A DNA stretch of 64,000 bases from Asterias rubens (GCF_902459465.1 NC_047064.1:22010001-22074000); one strand, 5' to 3'. Positions 1 to 22,527 are shown, numbered from the stretch's first letter. A program made the numbers and translations. The notes: generated from the sequence alone by a model not told the origin.

Positions 1-760
1 GAGAATTACTCCATAAAAAGAACAACCAAAATGAAGGGTTAATATCCATTAACTATAGAATGTCTTCAGTTGGGAAATCCTCCAGTTAAGAATCTACCCA
101 ACTAAGAATCATTCCAATTGAGGATTCCCCACATTGATTGTAAGTCCTCAATACTTTACGAAATTCTATAATGTGAGCAATAATTGTCCATATTCATGTT
201 ACCCCAGCGGTGTCTATTTTTTTCCTATGAAGAGTTTAATATACCCAATTCAGAACCTGTCTATTTACAATATTTTCAATAACCATTAAGTCCAGGCTTT
301 CAGTCTTCAAATGACTTAATAAAGTGAGAGAAAAGTCAAAACCAAAAGATTAATACAGAAACTTCACAGCGCCCTCTGTTGAAATGATTCCAGGGTTAAT
401 TTAGTTAACTGTTCAAGGGTTTTGAAGCCTTTAGTAGATCAAGTTTTTGGTCATGAGAAGAATGCTTATTAACTGTGAATGAAGATTTATGCAATTTCAT
501 ACAATTTACCTGTGAAAGTGTCAGCTTCAAAGCCACCAATCAAAGAGCAAAAAAGAGCGAAATTTCTGTACGTTTTGTGCATATTATACTAAAAATGTTC
601 CTTTTTCTGAGACGAAAATTTATTTCGTGAAATTGTTTTACTAATGTTTAAAAAACTACAGCATTTCAGCGAGTGATATTTAAAGGGAATCCTTCTACTA
701 TCATTATCTTCAAACCGTGTAAGTTTAATGTAAATCTGTAAGCATTGTGTTTTGTGTCCT

Positions 761-1150
761 ACAAACACTGGACACTGTTGGTAATTGTCAAACACTAGTA
801 TTCACAGTTTGTGCATAACGATTATGCATAAAATAACAAACCTGTGGGAATTTGAGCTCAATCGGTCGTCGAAGTTGGAGATATTAACGGGAAAAAATAC
901 CATTGTCGTACCATGGTCGTACGAAGTTGTGTGCTTTCAGATGCTTGATTTCGAGACCTTGAATTCTAAATCTGAGGTCTCGAAATCAAATTCCTGGAAA
1001 CTACTTCTTTTTCGAAAACTACGTTACTTCAGAGGGAGCCGTTTCTCACAATGTTTCATACTATCAACCTCTCCCTTTTACTCGTTACCAAGTAAGGTTT
1101 TATGATAATAGTTATTTTGAGTAATTACCAAAAGTGTCCACTGTCTTTAA
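761..1150 (+). mobile_element. MITE family A (~380 bp, TTAA-flanked, Kolobok-like non-autonomous)
   Basis: TIRs (ttaa)agacactggacactattggtaatt / aattaccaatagtgtccactgcct(ttaa); left TIR partly degraded; a reversed fragment also sits at ~1311-1410. Confidence 0.8.
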
Positions 1151-1908
1151 ATGCGCACAGGAACAATCAATATAACCCAATGTGCAGTGATTGATAACGC
1201 TGCGGCCAAAATCTAGATTGTTTGTTTCTAGAGACCTTGGTTCCCGTTGGCAATGAGCTCTGATCGTCAAAGATAAAAATATTATTCTTGAGCTATTCTT
1301 TCGTAACCATTGGACACTACTCAAAACAATACTGTTACCTCATAAACTTACTTGGTAACGAGCAACGGAATTGATAGTATAATACATTGTGAGAAACGGC
1401 TCCCTCTGAGTTTAGGTTTTGATAAACTGGTAATGTCTCATTAAAATTGGTTAGACATCCCCGTATAGAAAGCACAGCTTAAAATAGGTACGTGTTTTTA
1501 TATCAATCAAAGATATGCGTTTTTATCTAGCGTTTCAAGGCTGCTGATGAAGAGAAAAAACAATGGGTCTGACCAATTTATTAATGTTATCAAAATCCCA
1601 AGATATTTTATTCGAAATAAGGGCCAGTGTCTTAAGACATGTAATACGCATACGTAAAACAACCCCAAAAACATTGTGTTAGCAAACTCAAAAACAACTA
1701 CAAGAAATTATAGATTGTCTGAAATCAATTTAATCAAATAAAATGTCTGTTTACTCAGTGGATTTTGTAATCGTAGATGCCTGATTAGGAAATTTAAATC
1801 AATGTCACAATAAATGCACATGTTCCGAGTCTTATGACTACTGGCATTGTTCAGTCTTGGACGAGAGCTAGTTTTATGATTGACGGTACATCAGTTCAAC
1901 ATTTCGCG

Positions 1909-11319
<9,411 letters not shown>

Positions 11320-11685
11320 GTTCTTGACTAGTATTCAACTGAAACTGTCAGAATTGTATATTTGTTGAAAAATAAACAGAGGTGAAACAACACGAAGGTT
11401 GGAAATATTGAGATCAACAGCCCGAGCTAAGTTAACTAAGAAGTCATAATTCTACACCAACGATCTATTCATACACCCCAATATATATCCCAGGATCTCA
11501 AAAAGTCGGATGGCACTTCAAAGGCTCCGTACTTACTTTTAAGTAAAACTGTTTGTGTACATTGTTCCGGTCCGTAACATATTCCTCCTATTAAGGAATG
11601 TTGTTACCGTTTGTACTTAAAATGTGTGCACCAGGCTTTATGCAAATTAGCCATCATGACTGGAGACTTTCTTGATTACGTTGGT

Positions 11686-12053
11686 TTAAAGACACTGGAC
11701 ACTACTAGTCTTCTCACTTGGTGTAACTCAACATATGCATAAAATAACCAACCTGTGAAAGTTTTAGCTCAATTGGTGGCCGAAGTTGCGAGATAATAAT
11801 TGAAAAAGAAAAACACCTTGTCACGCGAAGTTGTGTGCGTTTAGATGGTTGATTTCGAGACCTCAAATTCTAAATCTGAGGTCTCGAAATTAAATGCGTG
11901 GAAAATTACTTCTTTCTCTAAAACTACATTACTTCAGAGGGAGCCGTTTCTCACATCGTTTATACCATAAACCTCTCCCCATTACTGTTACCAAGAAAGG
12001 TTTTATGCTAATAATTATTTTGAGTAATTACCAATAGTGTCCACTGCCTTTAA
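11686..12053 (+). mobile_element. MITE family A copy
   Basis: ttaaagacactggacac ... gtgtccactgcctttaa. Confidence 0.85.
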
Positions 12054-12209
12054 ATGGACGATCGCGGTTTAGTTGCACAAGTCTCTGATTTCGTCACAAG
12101 CAATTTTTGTTTTATGTGGAGGAGTTTTTCAAATAAAATTCCAAATAATTGAAAGAATAACACCTTGTACAAATATTAAACGTATAACAGTGTAGACATT
12201 TTGTTTGTC

Positions 12210-12538
12210 TTAAAGCCATTATACACTTTCGGAACAGACACAAAATAAAAGTTCACAGATTTACAAATAACTTACAGGGTTTACAGAAGGTAATGGCGAA
12301 AGACTTCTATTGAAATATTATTCCATGAAATGCTTTACTTTTCGAGAAAAAAATTTCAATTCTCGTAATCGAGAACTACGGATTTATTTTAAACACATGT
12401 CATGACACGGCGAAACGTGCGGAAACAAGGGTGGGTTTTCCCTGTTATTTTCTTTCTTTTTATTTTTATATCAGTTGTGATACACGAAGTGTGGGCCTTT
12501 GGACAATACTGTTTACAGAAAGTGTCCAATGGCTGTAA
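12210..12538. mobile_element. Related TTAA-type MITE with a different internal sequence
   Basis: TIRs ttaaagccattatacactttc / gaaagtgtccaatggctgtaa. Confidence 0.65.
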
Positions 12539-12599
12539 CAAAATTGTCCAAATAAATGTATAGGCCTACCTGGTCATCAAAACCAACATCAAGTTTTCT

Positions 12600-12755
12600 T
12601 TTCGGTAGGATTTGAAACTTTGCATAGTGTGGGAGCAAGCCTGCCGTAGCACAATGTTATTGTGTTAATCTCTTTTGAGTAGTGTTTGGTTTTTAGAAGA
12701 ACCTGTGGCTGACAACTCAACGTTTCGATCAGTATGTTATGATAGTCTTCATGAT
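12600..12755 (-). mobile_element. Short Penelope-like-derived repeat with a decayed hammerhead core
   Basis: - strand atgaagac tatcat aacata ctgatc gaaa cgttgag ... ctcaaaagagatt ... cacactatgcaaagtttcaaa; related to 20925-21145. Confidence 0.45.
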
Positions 12756-13554
12756 GGGGATGCTCGACTATGTTGGTGAATGCTGATTGGTACCATTGAA
12801 GATTGAAGATTGGAATTTATTTTCCCCGTTTCAAACCCAGCAGATACTGTCACGAACAACGAACAAGGCTAAAAAATTACCAGTTCTTCGAATAATATGT
12901 GAGCTTCTCACAATATGCGTTTTCTTGTAGAGAAGAATACTTGTAACTATAGGCCTACTGTACAGTTATGGGATTCAATAAAACTTAGTTTATTATCAGT
13001 TATGAAATTATCAGTGGAATTTACTGTAGGAAATATAAGTATAAACAAAAACATGTCGCAAATTTGGTGCACAAACATAAGTTATGGCTAAGTCTATCTA
13101 ATTGAACTTTGAATCTAATTGAACTTTGAAGGTTAAAGTAAAAATTACAAAGCAATTTATTTTTCAAACCCTGTCCTACCTAGCTAGACAAATGAACTCC
13201 GCCACACTGACACCCGTCTTGTTGGTATTATACAACACACAATTCTGCCGTGCCCAGGATAGCCCGGGTAGTCTGAGTAGAACCTTGTGAACAAAAGGTG
13301 TTCATCAATTGAAACTCTCAGGCCAGTCTGCAAAACATCTAACCCTTTCATTGAAGGATCACTTTCCTTTGTAAGAATTTCTCTTTGCTCTTTTGTAGTT
13401 ATATTTACTTTGCCAGCACGTGTTACGTAAGCGTTTCTGAGTAGAGCCTATAGTGTGCCCACAAGTATTAGCAATCACCAGTAGTCGTCTAACTGGGGAC
13501 ACGACAAGGTCTCCTCCTAGATTTCTGGCAGGCCTACTCCAAAACTTTAGTATC

Positions 13555-16500
13555 ATGTTCGGTAAATCTTTGACAACTGTCTTGCTGGGGTTCTTGGTGG
13601 GCTTCGTAGCCTCCCAGCAAGCGCAGGTCATGGTGGAGCAAGGTGCTCTCTTTGGTGAGACCAAGACATTCATGGAAAATGAGTTCATCAACGTCACCAA
13701 GAACATCAACGTCTTCAGGGGTGTGCCTTTTGCCGAGCCACCCGTTGGACCTCTGCGATTCGCGGCCCCGATGATGAAGGCTGGTTGGGGTGAGGGCGTT
13801 TGGAACGCTACCTACTTCAGAGATTCTTGCATTCAGTACAATACTGATACAAGATTTGATCTTCCTACTAGTGAGGACTGTCTGTATCTCAACATCTACG
13901 CACCAATGCCAGCACCAGTACGTATACCCTCTTTTGAGGTGTCAGTTAGGACACTTCGCAACCTGATCACTTCGTACCTTTTTATAAGACACTTCGTACC
14001 TTCTTACAAAGCACGTCATACCTCGTACTAAATCCGGATTTCTGCATTGTTTATGATTATTTTGTGCTTTGTGATCAGATGATTATATTCCTCAATAATT
14101 TAATGTTCGTTAAGATAAAAATTATTAATACATAATGAATTATAATTTTTATTTGAATATGTGAATGTCATTTTTCTTAATGTGAAATTAATATTTTGTA
14201 TAAGTTAATTACCGCCAAGACAACATTCTACCGCGGTCCTACTACTTGCCGTCAACTCGCCGACTTGCCGTCAACTCGCCGTCAACTCATTTTCGTGCCG
14301 TCAACTCATTAAATTTACATGAAAAATTTATAAATGGGACACGGAAGTGTTAAGTCTGTTAAGTAAAATGTATGAAGCTTTAGTGAAATTTGCGGGAAAA
14401 TCTAAAGTTAATACCGAAATCACTCTGTCTTTATAATCTCTGTACTTTGTAATAATTTGAAATGCCTGTGTTGTTCCATGGCATGGTTGTTTTCAATACA
14501 CAGTCTTAACTTTATTTACAGACAAAGGTATAACGCAATCTTGACTGAGAAACAATGTTGATCGAATACGACTTGTACAAAGACTAACCATTAACATAAA
14601 GTACAACGTCATCAAACCAACTGTAATCTATTCATATTTTTCAGACAGAGGGCCTCCCTGTTATGGTGTGGTTCCATGGCGGTGGCTTCACATCAGGCAG
14701 TGCCAATCTGGCAATTTTTAACGGCATGCCATTGGCTGCTGTGGGTGACGTCATTATCGTCACGGTCAACTCTCGTCTCGGCCTGTTTGGATACATGACT
14801 ACAGGTAAAGTCTTTTAGGTATCTTTCAATTATTTCCCGTAAAATCCATCACATGACGTCATGTGACGTTTAAAGACATTGGACACTATTGGTAACTGTC
14901 AACGACCAGTCTTCTCAGCCAATGCGTTAAAAAACAAACCATGTGAAAATTTGAGCTTTATTGGTCATCGAAGTTGGGAGATAATCTTGAAAGAAAAAAC
15001 ACCCTTTCCACACGCAGTTGTGCGCTTTCAGATGCTTGATTTCGAGACCTCAAATTCTAAATCTGAGGTCTCGATGAAAATTACTTCTTCCTAGAAAACT
15101 ATGTCACTTCAGAGGGAGCCATTTCTCACATTGTTTTATACTACCAACCTCATTACCAAGTAAGGTTTTCTGCTAATAATTATTTTGAGTAATTACCAAA
15201 AGTGTCCAATGCCTTTAACAGGTACAAAATAAAACTAACCACACGGCGTCATCGCGAGTACCACAGCTGCGGTAAGAGTGAAATTTTTAAAACTAATCAG
15301 ACTATAGACATTGAACACAGCAATTCCATTTTTTGTGAATACATAAAAAAACGCACCTCTCGCTCAATTTTTTTCTCTAGGCTTCTGTAATCGTTAGAGC
15401 TATAGTTTGTGCTAAGTAGGCGTGGCTTAGAGTGGAACTAGGCCACGCTTATGAACAGACATATTTGTTGTCCATGTTTTTATAAATAATAAATTGTATA
15501 TGTTATTATTTCAGATGACGAGGTAGTACCTGGTAACAATGGTGCCAAAGATCAGGTTATGGCTTTGAAATGGGTCCAGGAAAACATCGCAGGTATGCAT
15601 CTTGATTCATTTTATGATTATTTATGAAGAGTTTCTTTTAGTATATTTGTCCAAACAAATGATTTGCGGTTATCGAACAAGCAGAAAAATGGATTCCAAT
15701 CCGAAAGCTTCCTGATTGAACAGTTTCAACCAGAACCAAGTCTGCGGAGGTTTAAATCCTTCTGAAAATTGTGAATATCCCATTATCAAGATATCTTATT
15801 TCCATTGCCGCAATCAAAATAAGCCAGATTGATTCTTTTCAGAATGTTTTTCTTTTTTTCCTGCTTATAATACACTTAGTTACCTGTTCATGTTTGTTGT
15901 GTTGTCATTACAGCCTTCGAGAAAGATTCTGCTTGCTAGTTTCAGAGGGCAGGACCTCTTATTTTTGTATTTATATCATAGGTTTGTTTAGTTGTTTGCA
16001 ACAGCTAATTCTATTTTCTTATTGTGTCCTTTATGTGACAGCTTTCGGAGGTGACAGTAACCGGGTTACCATCTTTGGTCAAGGAACTGGAGCAGAAGGA
16101 GTTAATTTGATGATGCTCTCTGAGATGGCTACAGGGCTATTCAGTCAAGCTATTATGCAGGTGGGGAAAATGACGTCATTCAAATTATCCAATTAGTTGT
16201 CATTACAGACTAACTAACTTGCATGTCTCATGCATTATTCATTTCCGAGTCAAAAACAAAAAACATCTGCAAAGTGGTTGATTTTAGTATATTATGTATA
16301 CAAAGTTACAGTTCCTTATTGACTTAACAATTTCTTCAACTCCCTTAAATCTATATTACAATCTTTTGAACTAAATTTAACATTGATTTTACAAAAACAA
16401 TGTTGAAATAACAAGCATAATCAAACAAAATAACCCTAAATAAATAAATAAAAAAGCCTGGTACGGATTGAACAAATCAGTCATCGCAAGACCATGAAAA

Positions 16501-19500
16501 AGATAGCGCCAGTGTTAAAATTTGATTTGGATTATTTTGAATATGGGTTACTTTTATTTGATTGTGGCATGTCGTCGCTAAGCGGTTAATAGCACACCCA
16601 ACCTCCGGTGATTCAGCAGAGTGTCTGGGGTTCCAGTCCCGGTCATGACACTCGTGTCCTTGAGCGAGATACTGTATCAGATTTGGGTTGTCCTTGGAAT
16701 GGGACATAGAACCATAAACCGTATGGAGCTTACCACTTGGTAGTGCGCCTAAAAGAACCCACAACAGTTATCATGAAAGAGTAGGGGGCTAATCCCTTTG
16801 TTTCTGGTGCCTAAAGCAAGCACCCTTTCTTGCAGATTTCCTTAGAATTGTGAGCTACATGAGGCATCTTATCATTTATTTATGTCTTTACTTATTTTTC
16901 ATAGAGCGGGGCTGCTTTCTGGCCCTGGGACACTCAACTTCTCAAGCCCATCCTTCGAGGGGAAGCCTTTAGAGTTGGACAAGCACTTGGTTGCATGAGC
17001 ACAGAGAGCTCCTCTCTTGTTTCTTGTCTGCGCGAGGTCGAAGCCACTCAATTGTTAGCCAAAGCCGTGGAGGTAAGCAAAGCTTGTAAGATTAAAGAAT
17101 GTATGGATTATCATATTATTTCCATAAATCATGCCCACCATTTTCGTTCAACGCTTCGAGGTATTGCTTTATAAATCTGTTGTTATAAAGTATTATTTTC
17201 TTCCTTTTTTCGCAACCAAAAACCACTATTCTAGCTGCAAGTTCGATCAATATACGTTGATGACGGTGAATTCCTGGAAGCCAAGCCAGCCGAGCTGTAC
17301 GCCGCGGGGAAGTTCAACCCCGCCAAGGTTATCATGGGTACAAACGCTGACGATGGCTCGATTATACTCCTGAGCGAACCCATCATAGCTGAAAATTACT
17401 TCCTCTCTGAAACTCTCCCGTTCATCAATAGAGAAGACCTTGAGAATGGTCTTAGAACACAGCTTATAGAATACACTGGTAAGTCCTTCACTACAGACAA
17501 AGTGTGTAACTTTTGGCGACTTTAGAACTCTAGGTTGCAGCGTGCATAACGAGTAAATTTCCATTGACCTTTTTCACAAATACCCATTGCGCAAGCGTTA
17601 ACTGCCGAATGAGGAGCATGCATACAGGAATGCGTTTTGGCGGTCTTAACAAATGACTGTTTCGGTCACTGGCCAGTGGATAACCGATGGCAAGTTCGAC
17701 CGAAACAGTTATTGGTTACGACCGCAAAACGCAGCCCTGGTCTAGCAAGGAATGCCACCTGAGGGATAGCTAGACCAGCGCCATGACCCTTGCAATTATG
17801 AATTCACTATACAGACATGGCACCAGTCTGTGCTTTCTTCTAGCCTCGATTTGGTTGCAATGTTTTTAATTTGGGAAATATCAAGATGGCCAAACCACGG
17901 TAAAGGTCTATAGTCTGACGTATTAAATTCAATTTACCAAATAATTACCAATAATTACACAAACTTTTTAATTTTACCTTTGTACACTTACTGTCCCATC
18001 TTTTCATATAGCCAAACAGGACGGTAAAGTTGGCAGCAAATTGTGGATTATTCTCATTATATTTATTATACCATTTTATTTTTTATTTTTTTGAAAAGAA
18101 ATCCCGAAAGTCACTCTTATCCAACCATAACGTAGCATTTTATTTGATCTTGTTTTCAGGAGTGTCCAATCCGGAGCATTTGATAAACGCAATCGAAGCC
18201 ATGTATCTGGACTGGTCCCAAGCCGACAACGCAACCGCTGGTTTCGCCAGATCAGCAATGAATTTCGACACAGACTTCTTATTCGCCTGCCCGACCAACA
18301 AAGTGGCTCGCACCTACGCTGAAGCTGGTAATGATGTGTTTTTGTATGAGATGTCACACAAGCCAAGCGTCTCGATCTACGACAACATGGGCTACGGACC
18401 GGGTTGGTTGGGTGCCTCATACGCCGAGGAAATCATGTACATGTTCGGTGTACCTTTCGGCCCCGCTAGAACCCATTTTACGGAACTCCAACATGAGGAG
18501 AAGGAATTTTCCGTCAAAATGATGGAGTTCTGGACCAACTTTGCCAAGAATGGGTAAGTTAGAAGGTGAAAGGTGAAAGTGCTGTAGTTACAACATCAGT
18601 TTTTCATAAACCTCCACTAGGAGTGTCAAGTTGGATGGCGTGTTGGTAAAGACAGGGGTATAAACCATCGAGCAAACCCAACTGCCTTGTGCGAGCACAC
18701 GCTAAACAATGCCCATTGTTAACATGACCAAACAATCCAGCCTCGTTTTCACTGATTGCAGAAAAACAAGATGATAAAATGTCAACCATTCCGGTTTCAT
18801 CTTGTTTTGTTTCTGTCTGTACAAAATATCTGGAATTCAGACCTTACTGCCGTGCGATATAGAATAAATCAATTAGAGAATGTATAGCGAAACTGACAGT
18901 TAAACATTAGTGGGTAACTGGCCGTTTTCATGCATTTGTTAAGTGATAGTTATTGATGTCCGACATTGTGCATTCATCCACAGAAACCCCGGTGTAAAGA
19001 TGTCTGGCTTCCCACCTGTGTCAAGTGATGACTACTGGCCGAAGCTGACCATCCCAGGGTTGATGTACAAGGACCTCAACTTGGTCTTGACTGTGGATCG
19101 TGCCCTGAAGGCTAGAGAGTGCAACTTCATGAACAATTACTTGGTGCAGCTCCAGACAATGTTTGGTAAGGAGTGTTATTGGATACTTTTATTAACACTA
19201 CAGTAGATTTACCACGTACAATCAACGCCCAAAATGGCGCGTAATCTCTGAGCTAAGTGAACAATGGTAATTTACATAAGTCGGTTGCCACCTAGTGTTC
19301 AAAGGTATTACATTGACACAGTTCACACTTATCGTCTCAACAAATCTTTTGCATATGCAGTTGTGTCCGCCCCCGTGCAAAACCGCCCTTGTAGTAAATT
19401 AAAACACGTTTGCCTTTTTGTTTACAAGCTAACTAAGTGCATTTCATGAATGACATGGGAAATGTTCGGCCGTTGGGTATTCGCTGCAATCGTAAAATAC

Positions 19501-20129
19501 GTGAATATTCATGCTGCATTACGTAGGTTCAGTGCATGCACGCTCGCTTACGCGCGCACATACATGTACAGTCATGTACATGTCCACTGGACGGTTTTTG
19601 CATAGCCCCGGACACGATTGCATATGCAAAAGTGTCCGGAGCGGACAGTATTGCATGGCGGACACAATTGCATCTGACACCGGCGCCTCGAATAACGTTG
19701 TCGAATAATAGGGAGACTGACAGTGCAGGGTTGGATAGCTTTGTTGGCATATTTAATTTCGGAGGGAACGGGTTCAAATCTAGTTGTAAAAAAATTGTCT
19801 TTGTGTCAATTTACTCAGTCAGTTTCCCTCGTGTGTTTTTTTTTTGCTATGACCATACGTAAAATATCCTAATCTTTTTCCCACAAATTGTTGGGTTGAA
19901 TAGGTCCGGGTGGGATATTGACTGGGATCCCGACCTACCCACTCGGGATCCCGACCTTTCCCGAACTCTTGACTCCTCTTCAACGTCATTTACAATACTG
20001 TTTTTGTTTGTAGGTGCCTTGCCTGAAGTTGAGCGTGAATGGAAGCAGTCATACAGCACCTGGAAGTACGAAGATCTGGCTGACTGGAAGAATGAGTTCA
20101 ATCAGTATAAAGCGATCAGAGGCATGTAG
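13555..20129 (+). CDS. Esterase gene 2: secreted cholinesterase-like pseudoenzyme (catalytic triad lost) with WAT tail, ~607 aa, 9 coding exons
   Basis: Exons 13555-13917, 14645-14804, 15515-15592, 16042-16160, 16905-17072, 17235-17478, 18160-18553, 18984-19165, 20014-20129; GT-AG, 1824 nt, no stops or frameshifts. [21 protein letters not shown] present; GESAG>GQGTG, NADEG>NADDG, GATH>GASY. Confidence 0.9.
14870..15218 (+). mobile_element. MITE family A copy
   Basis: ttaaagacattggacactattgg ... aaaagtgtccaatgcctttaa. Confidence 0.85.
16566..16800 (+). mobile_element. Decayed tRNA-derived SINE; similar heads at ~53927-54056 and ~61485-61600
   Basis: A box gctaagcggttaatagcac, B-box-like ggttccagtccc, gtgtccttgagcgagatac. 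Confidence 0.65.
17565..17909 (+). mobile_element. MITE family C-related copy with a nested family H MITE at ~17628-17736
   Basis: gaccttttcacaaatac...gaatgagg.gcatgc [gaatgcgttttggcggtc...gaccgcaaaacgcagcc] tggtctag...aaaggtct. Confidence 0.65.
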
Positions 20130-20924
20130 ATCCTCGTTCCTCACGGGGACCGAAACACTGACCGGTCGATCATTGTGAGCCTTTTTGTTGGAGCATTAAC
20201 CCGTTTAGCATTTTGAATTTAAACTTTAACTTTAACTTAAACTTGGAATAATAACTTGAAAGATAACATGTTCTCCTCGAGTAGTAAAGTTACTGTGTAT
20301 ATCGACAGACCTAAAACAAATTGCGATTGGAAACACAAAAAACCCTCAACAATTCTGCTTGTGAATACATGGTGCCAGACTGAAGAAGATTTGTCCGTCC
20401 AAGGGTAGCAAATTTTCTAATAATAACCTTTATAAAGTGCGCCACCAGTAGTTTCCGAATTGACTGCTCTGTCATGCGCGGTGAACTGCCTTGAACTTGA
20501 AATGGTTTGAGCAAGGTGTTATACCTGATGACAAGTTTATATTTTTTTTACAATAAAATGTAAATCCACACTGTTTAATCATTTTTTTTAAATCAAACTA
20601 TTAGCTAGAACTTTTTAGGATTTTATCCGCCTTCAAACGCTGACTTTACTTTGTAACAGTATTTTGTAGAAGTTAAACGAAACCAATGTGTTATCTTCAG
20701 AAGAGGGCTGTGACTTGCTTGGATGTCCCGTATACTGCAATTCTTATAACTTCTTCTTATAAACTTTTTGTATATTATCAAGTTTGATAGAAAATGCAAT
20801 AAATAAACATAACCCCGAAGTGTTGAGTATTACTTTCAGTTGAGTATTTTTAATGGGAAAGGTGGGTGCTCTAATGCTTGATTGGTGATGTTCGACTATA
20901 TAACTTAAAATATAAATAATATCA

Positions 20925-21145
20925 AAAGTGCGGGTACAACCATGGGTTAATCTCTTTTGTTTCGACGTTTCTCATAAGACCAGCAGAGTACATGTATACT
21001 GTTTGAAACGTCGAGACCAAACCGGCTCTTTTAAAAGACAAGACTCGTACAGAAGCGATTTATGGTTGTATCTGCAAGTTTATTAGTTCTTTACAGTTTC
21101 TTTTTATTTATCCACACCATGCAAAGCTTCAAACAATACTTTGTT
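20925..21145 (+). mobile_element. Short Penelope-like-derived repeat with inverted arms and a decayed hammerhead core
   Basis: tttcgacgtttc ... agaccag..gagta..tatactg..gaaacgtcgagacc ... ccacaccatgcaaagcttcaaa; the inverted arm gcgggtacaaccatg...ctcttttg precedes it. Confidence 0.45.
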
Positions 21146-21559
21146 TTAACAGATGTGACAACATTCAATATACTACAAACTTTCAATTAAAACAAAATCC
21201 ATAAAATTTTGCTTCGTTTCCAACAAATTCAACACTATTTCTGAATAAGCGCAAACATTGGTACAAACTATAGTTTCTTTTTCTGAAGTTGCACCATAAG
21301 GGTTTAGCATCAGGAGCCCAGATTTCAATTCGCAGTTTAATTTGTCTAGATTGAAGACGTTCATTTTGCTAACGAGGTTGCGATAAAGCAACACGATTAC
21401 TGGAGAAAAGATATAGTATCGGACAACATTCGGGTCAAACTCACTGACTGTTTTGAGCAAGATGTATAGACACAGTCCCTCCGCAACAGTAAAATAAAAA
21501 CAAGACTAGTTCTCAAGAACAAAGAAGATATAATCACAAACGTTTACATCGTGTCGCTA

Positions 21560-22250
21560 ACCAAAATGTGCATACAACTTTACTCCCATTGGTTCATTGC
21601 CAACAATATTGTCCCTCAAATAGAAACTTTGATTGGCTACACTTTTTCAGTTTTTATCTGGATCCTTTCCTTAATCCCTTTCCCCTCTTTTGTTTCTATA
21701 AAATGGATATGTATTTGTTTGTACTTGTTTATGTCTCTGAAGAAGGTCCGGTTTGGATCGAAAGCCAAGGCCATCTACCCTATAAGAATACACAAGATAG
21801 AAAGCGTTGTATAACAAATTATTAGAACAGAAATTGTTGTTCTAAACGTCGCTTTCAGAATAACTGATTTGATTAATGCCAATCAATTTTTATTCGAAGC
21901 TCAATGTGTTGCATGGTGTACCACTCTCCCATTGTGTCTTCATTATGGTCTGGGACTCCTAGGCATTCTTCAGAGCATTTCTGGGTTGGAGGGGTATTCA
22001 CAGTGTGAGAAGTGCGTGTGTAGGACATAGGAACTTGTTTAATACCGGTATGGGGTTCGAGGGTTCCCCCAACGTACACATAACACACTGTTTTTCCCTT
22101 TGTACAGAAGTACTCCCTAAAATTCTCTTAAAATTCCTTAGATACCAAGCAAACAATACAGACACAATACGAGGAGCACAATGCCCCACTATATAACTAC
22201 GGGTTCGGTATGCGTTTAGTGACTTTGACACCAAGTTTATGTACAATTTG
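21560..22250. mobile_element. Degenerate Penelope-like element remnant: GIY-YIG-like fragment (- strand) and an inverted pLTR-like segment with a minimal hammerhead motif (+ strand)
   Basis: - strand 21870-22110 reads FC.K...C.VYVG.T......IK...S.TR....NTP, then frameshifted RES....TL.....GIN; + strand 21737-21763 CTGAAGA-A-GGTCC ggttt GGATC-GAAA. Confidence 0.55.
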
Positions 22251-22527
22251 GAGTCATGGGTTGATTGAAATAGCCAACTAGAAGGAAAAATAACAAACTA
22301 CTTCACTTGTGAATTTACTATTCTTACGTTACGTATTTATTGACCTTCGTTCTTTTGTTACCATGGATAACAAAAATACACTGTTGTTTGTGTATCCCGA
22401 GTGACTAATTCAAACAGTAAAGTTCAATTATTATGAATGTATACTTTCTGGCAACGGTGTTGAGCGGTTTTAAGTTGTTCTTGTTTACTTGGGAAGGACC
22501 GCATTATACCGCCGATGAAGAGCAGCG

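Noticed and set aside
785-1105. Recurrent 60-110 aa ORFs with [20 protein letters not shown] (also 10951, 14879, 30495, 40705)
   Set aside because: Chance frames in non-autonomous MITE family A; variable starts and stops, no transposase motifs.
1834-1908. In-frame upstream ATGs extending gene 1 (and a GTG extension of gene 2 from 13453)
   Set aside because: The downstream ATGs begin typical signal peptides matching the paralogues; extensions unsupported without TSS data.
16042-16160. Calling gene 2 a neuroligin
   Set aside because: No transmembrane or PDZ-binding tail; exon structure and WAT tail match the neighbouring esterases.
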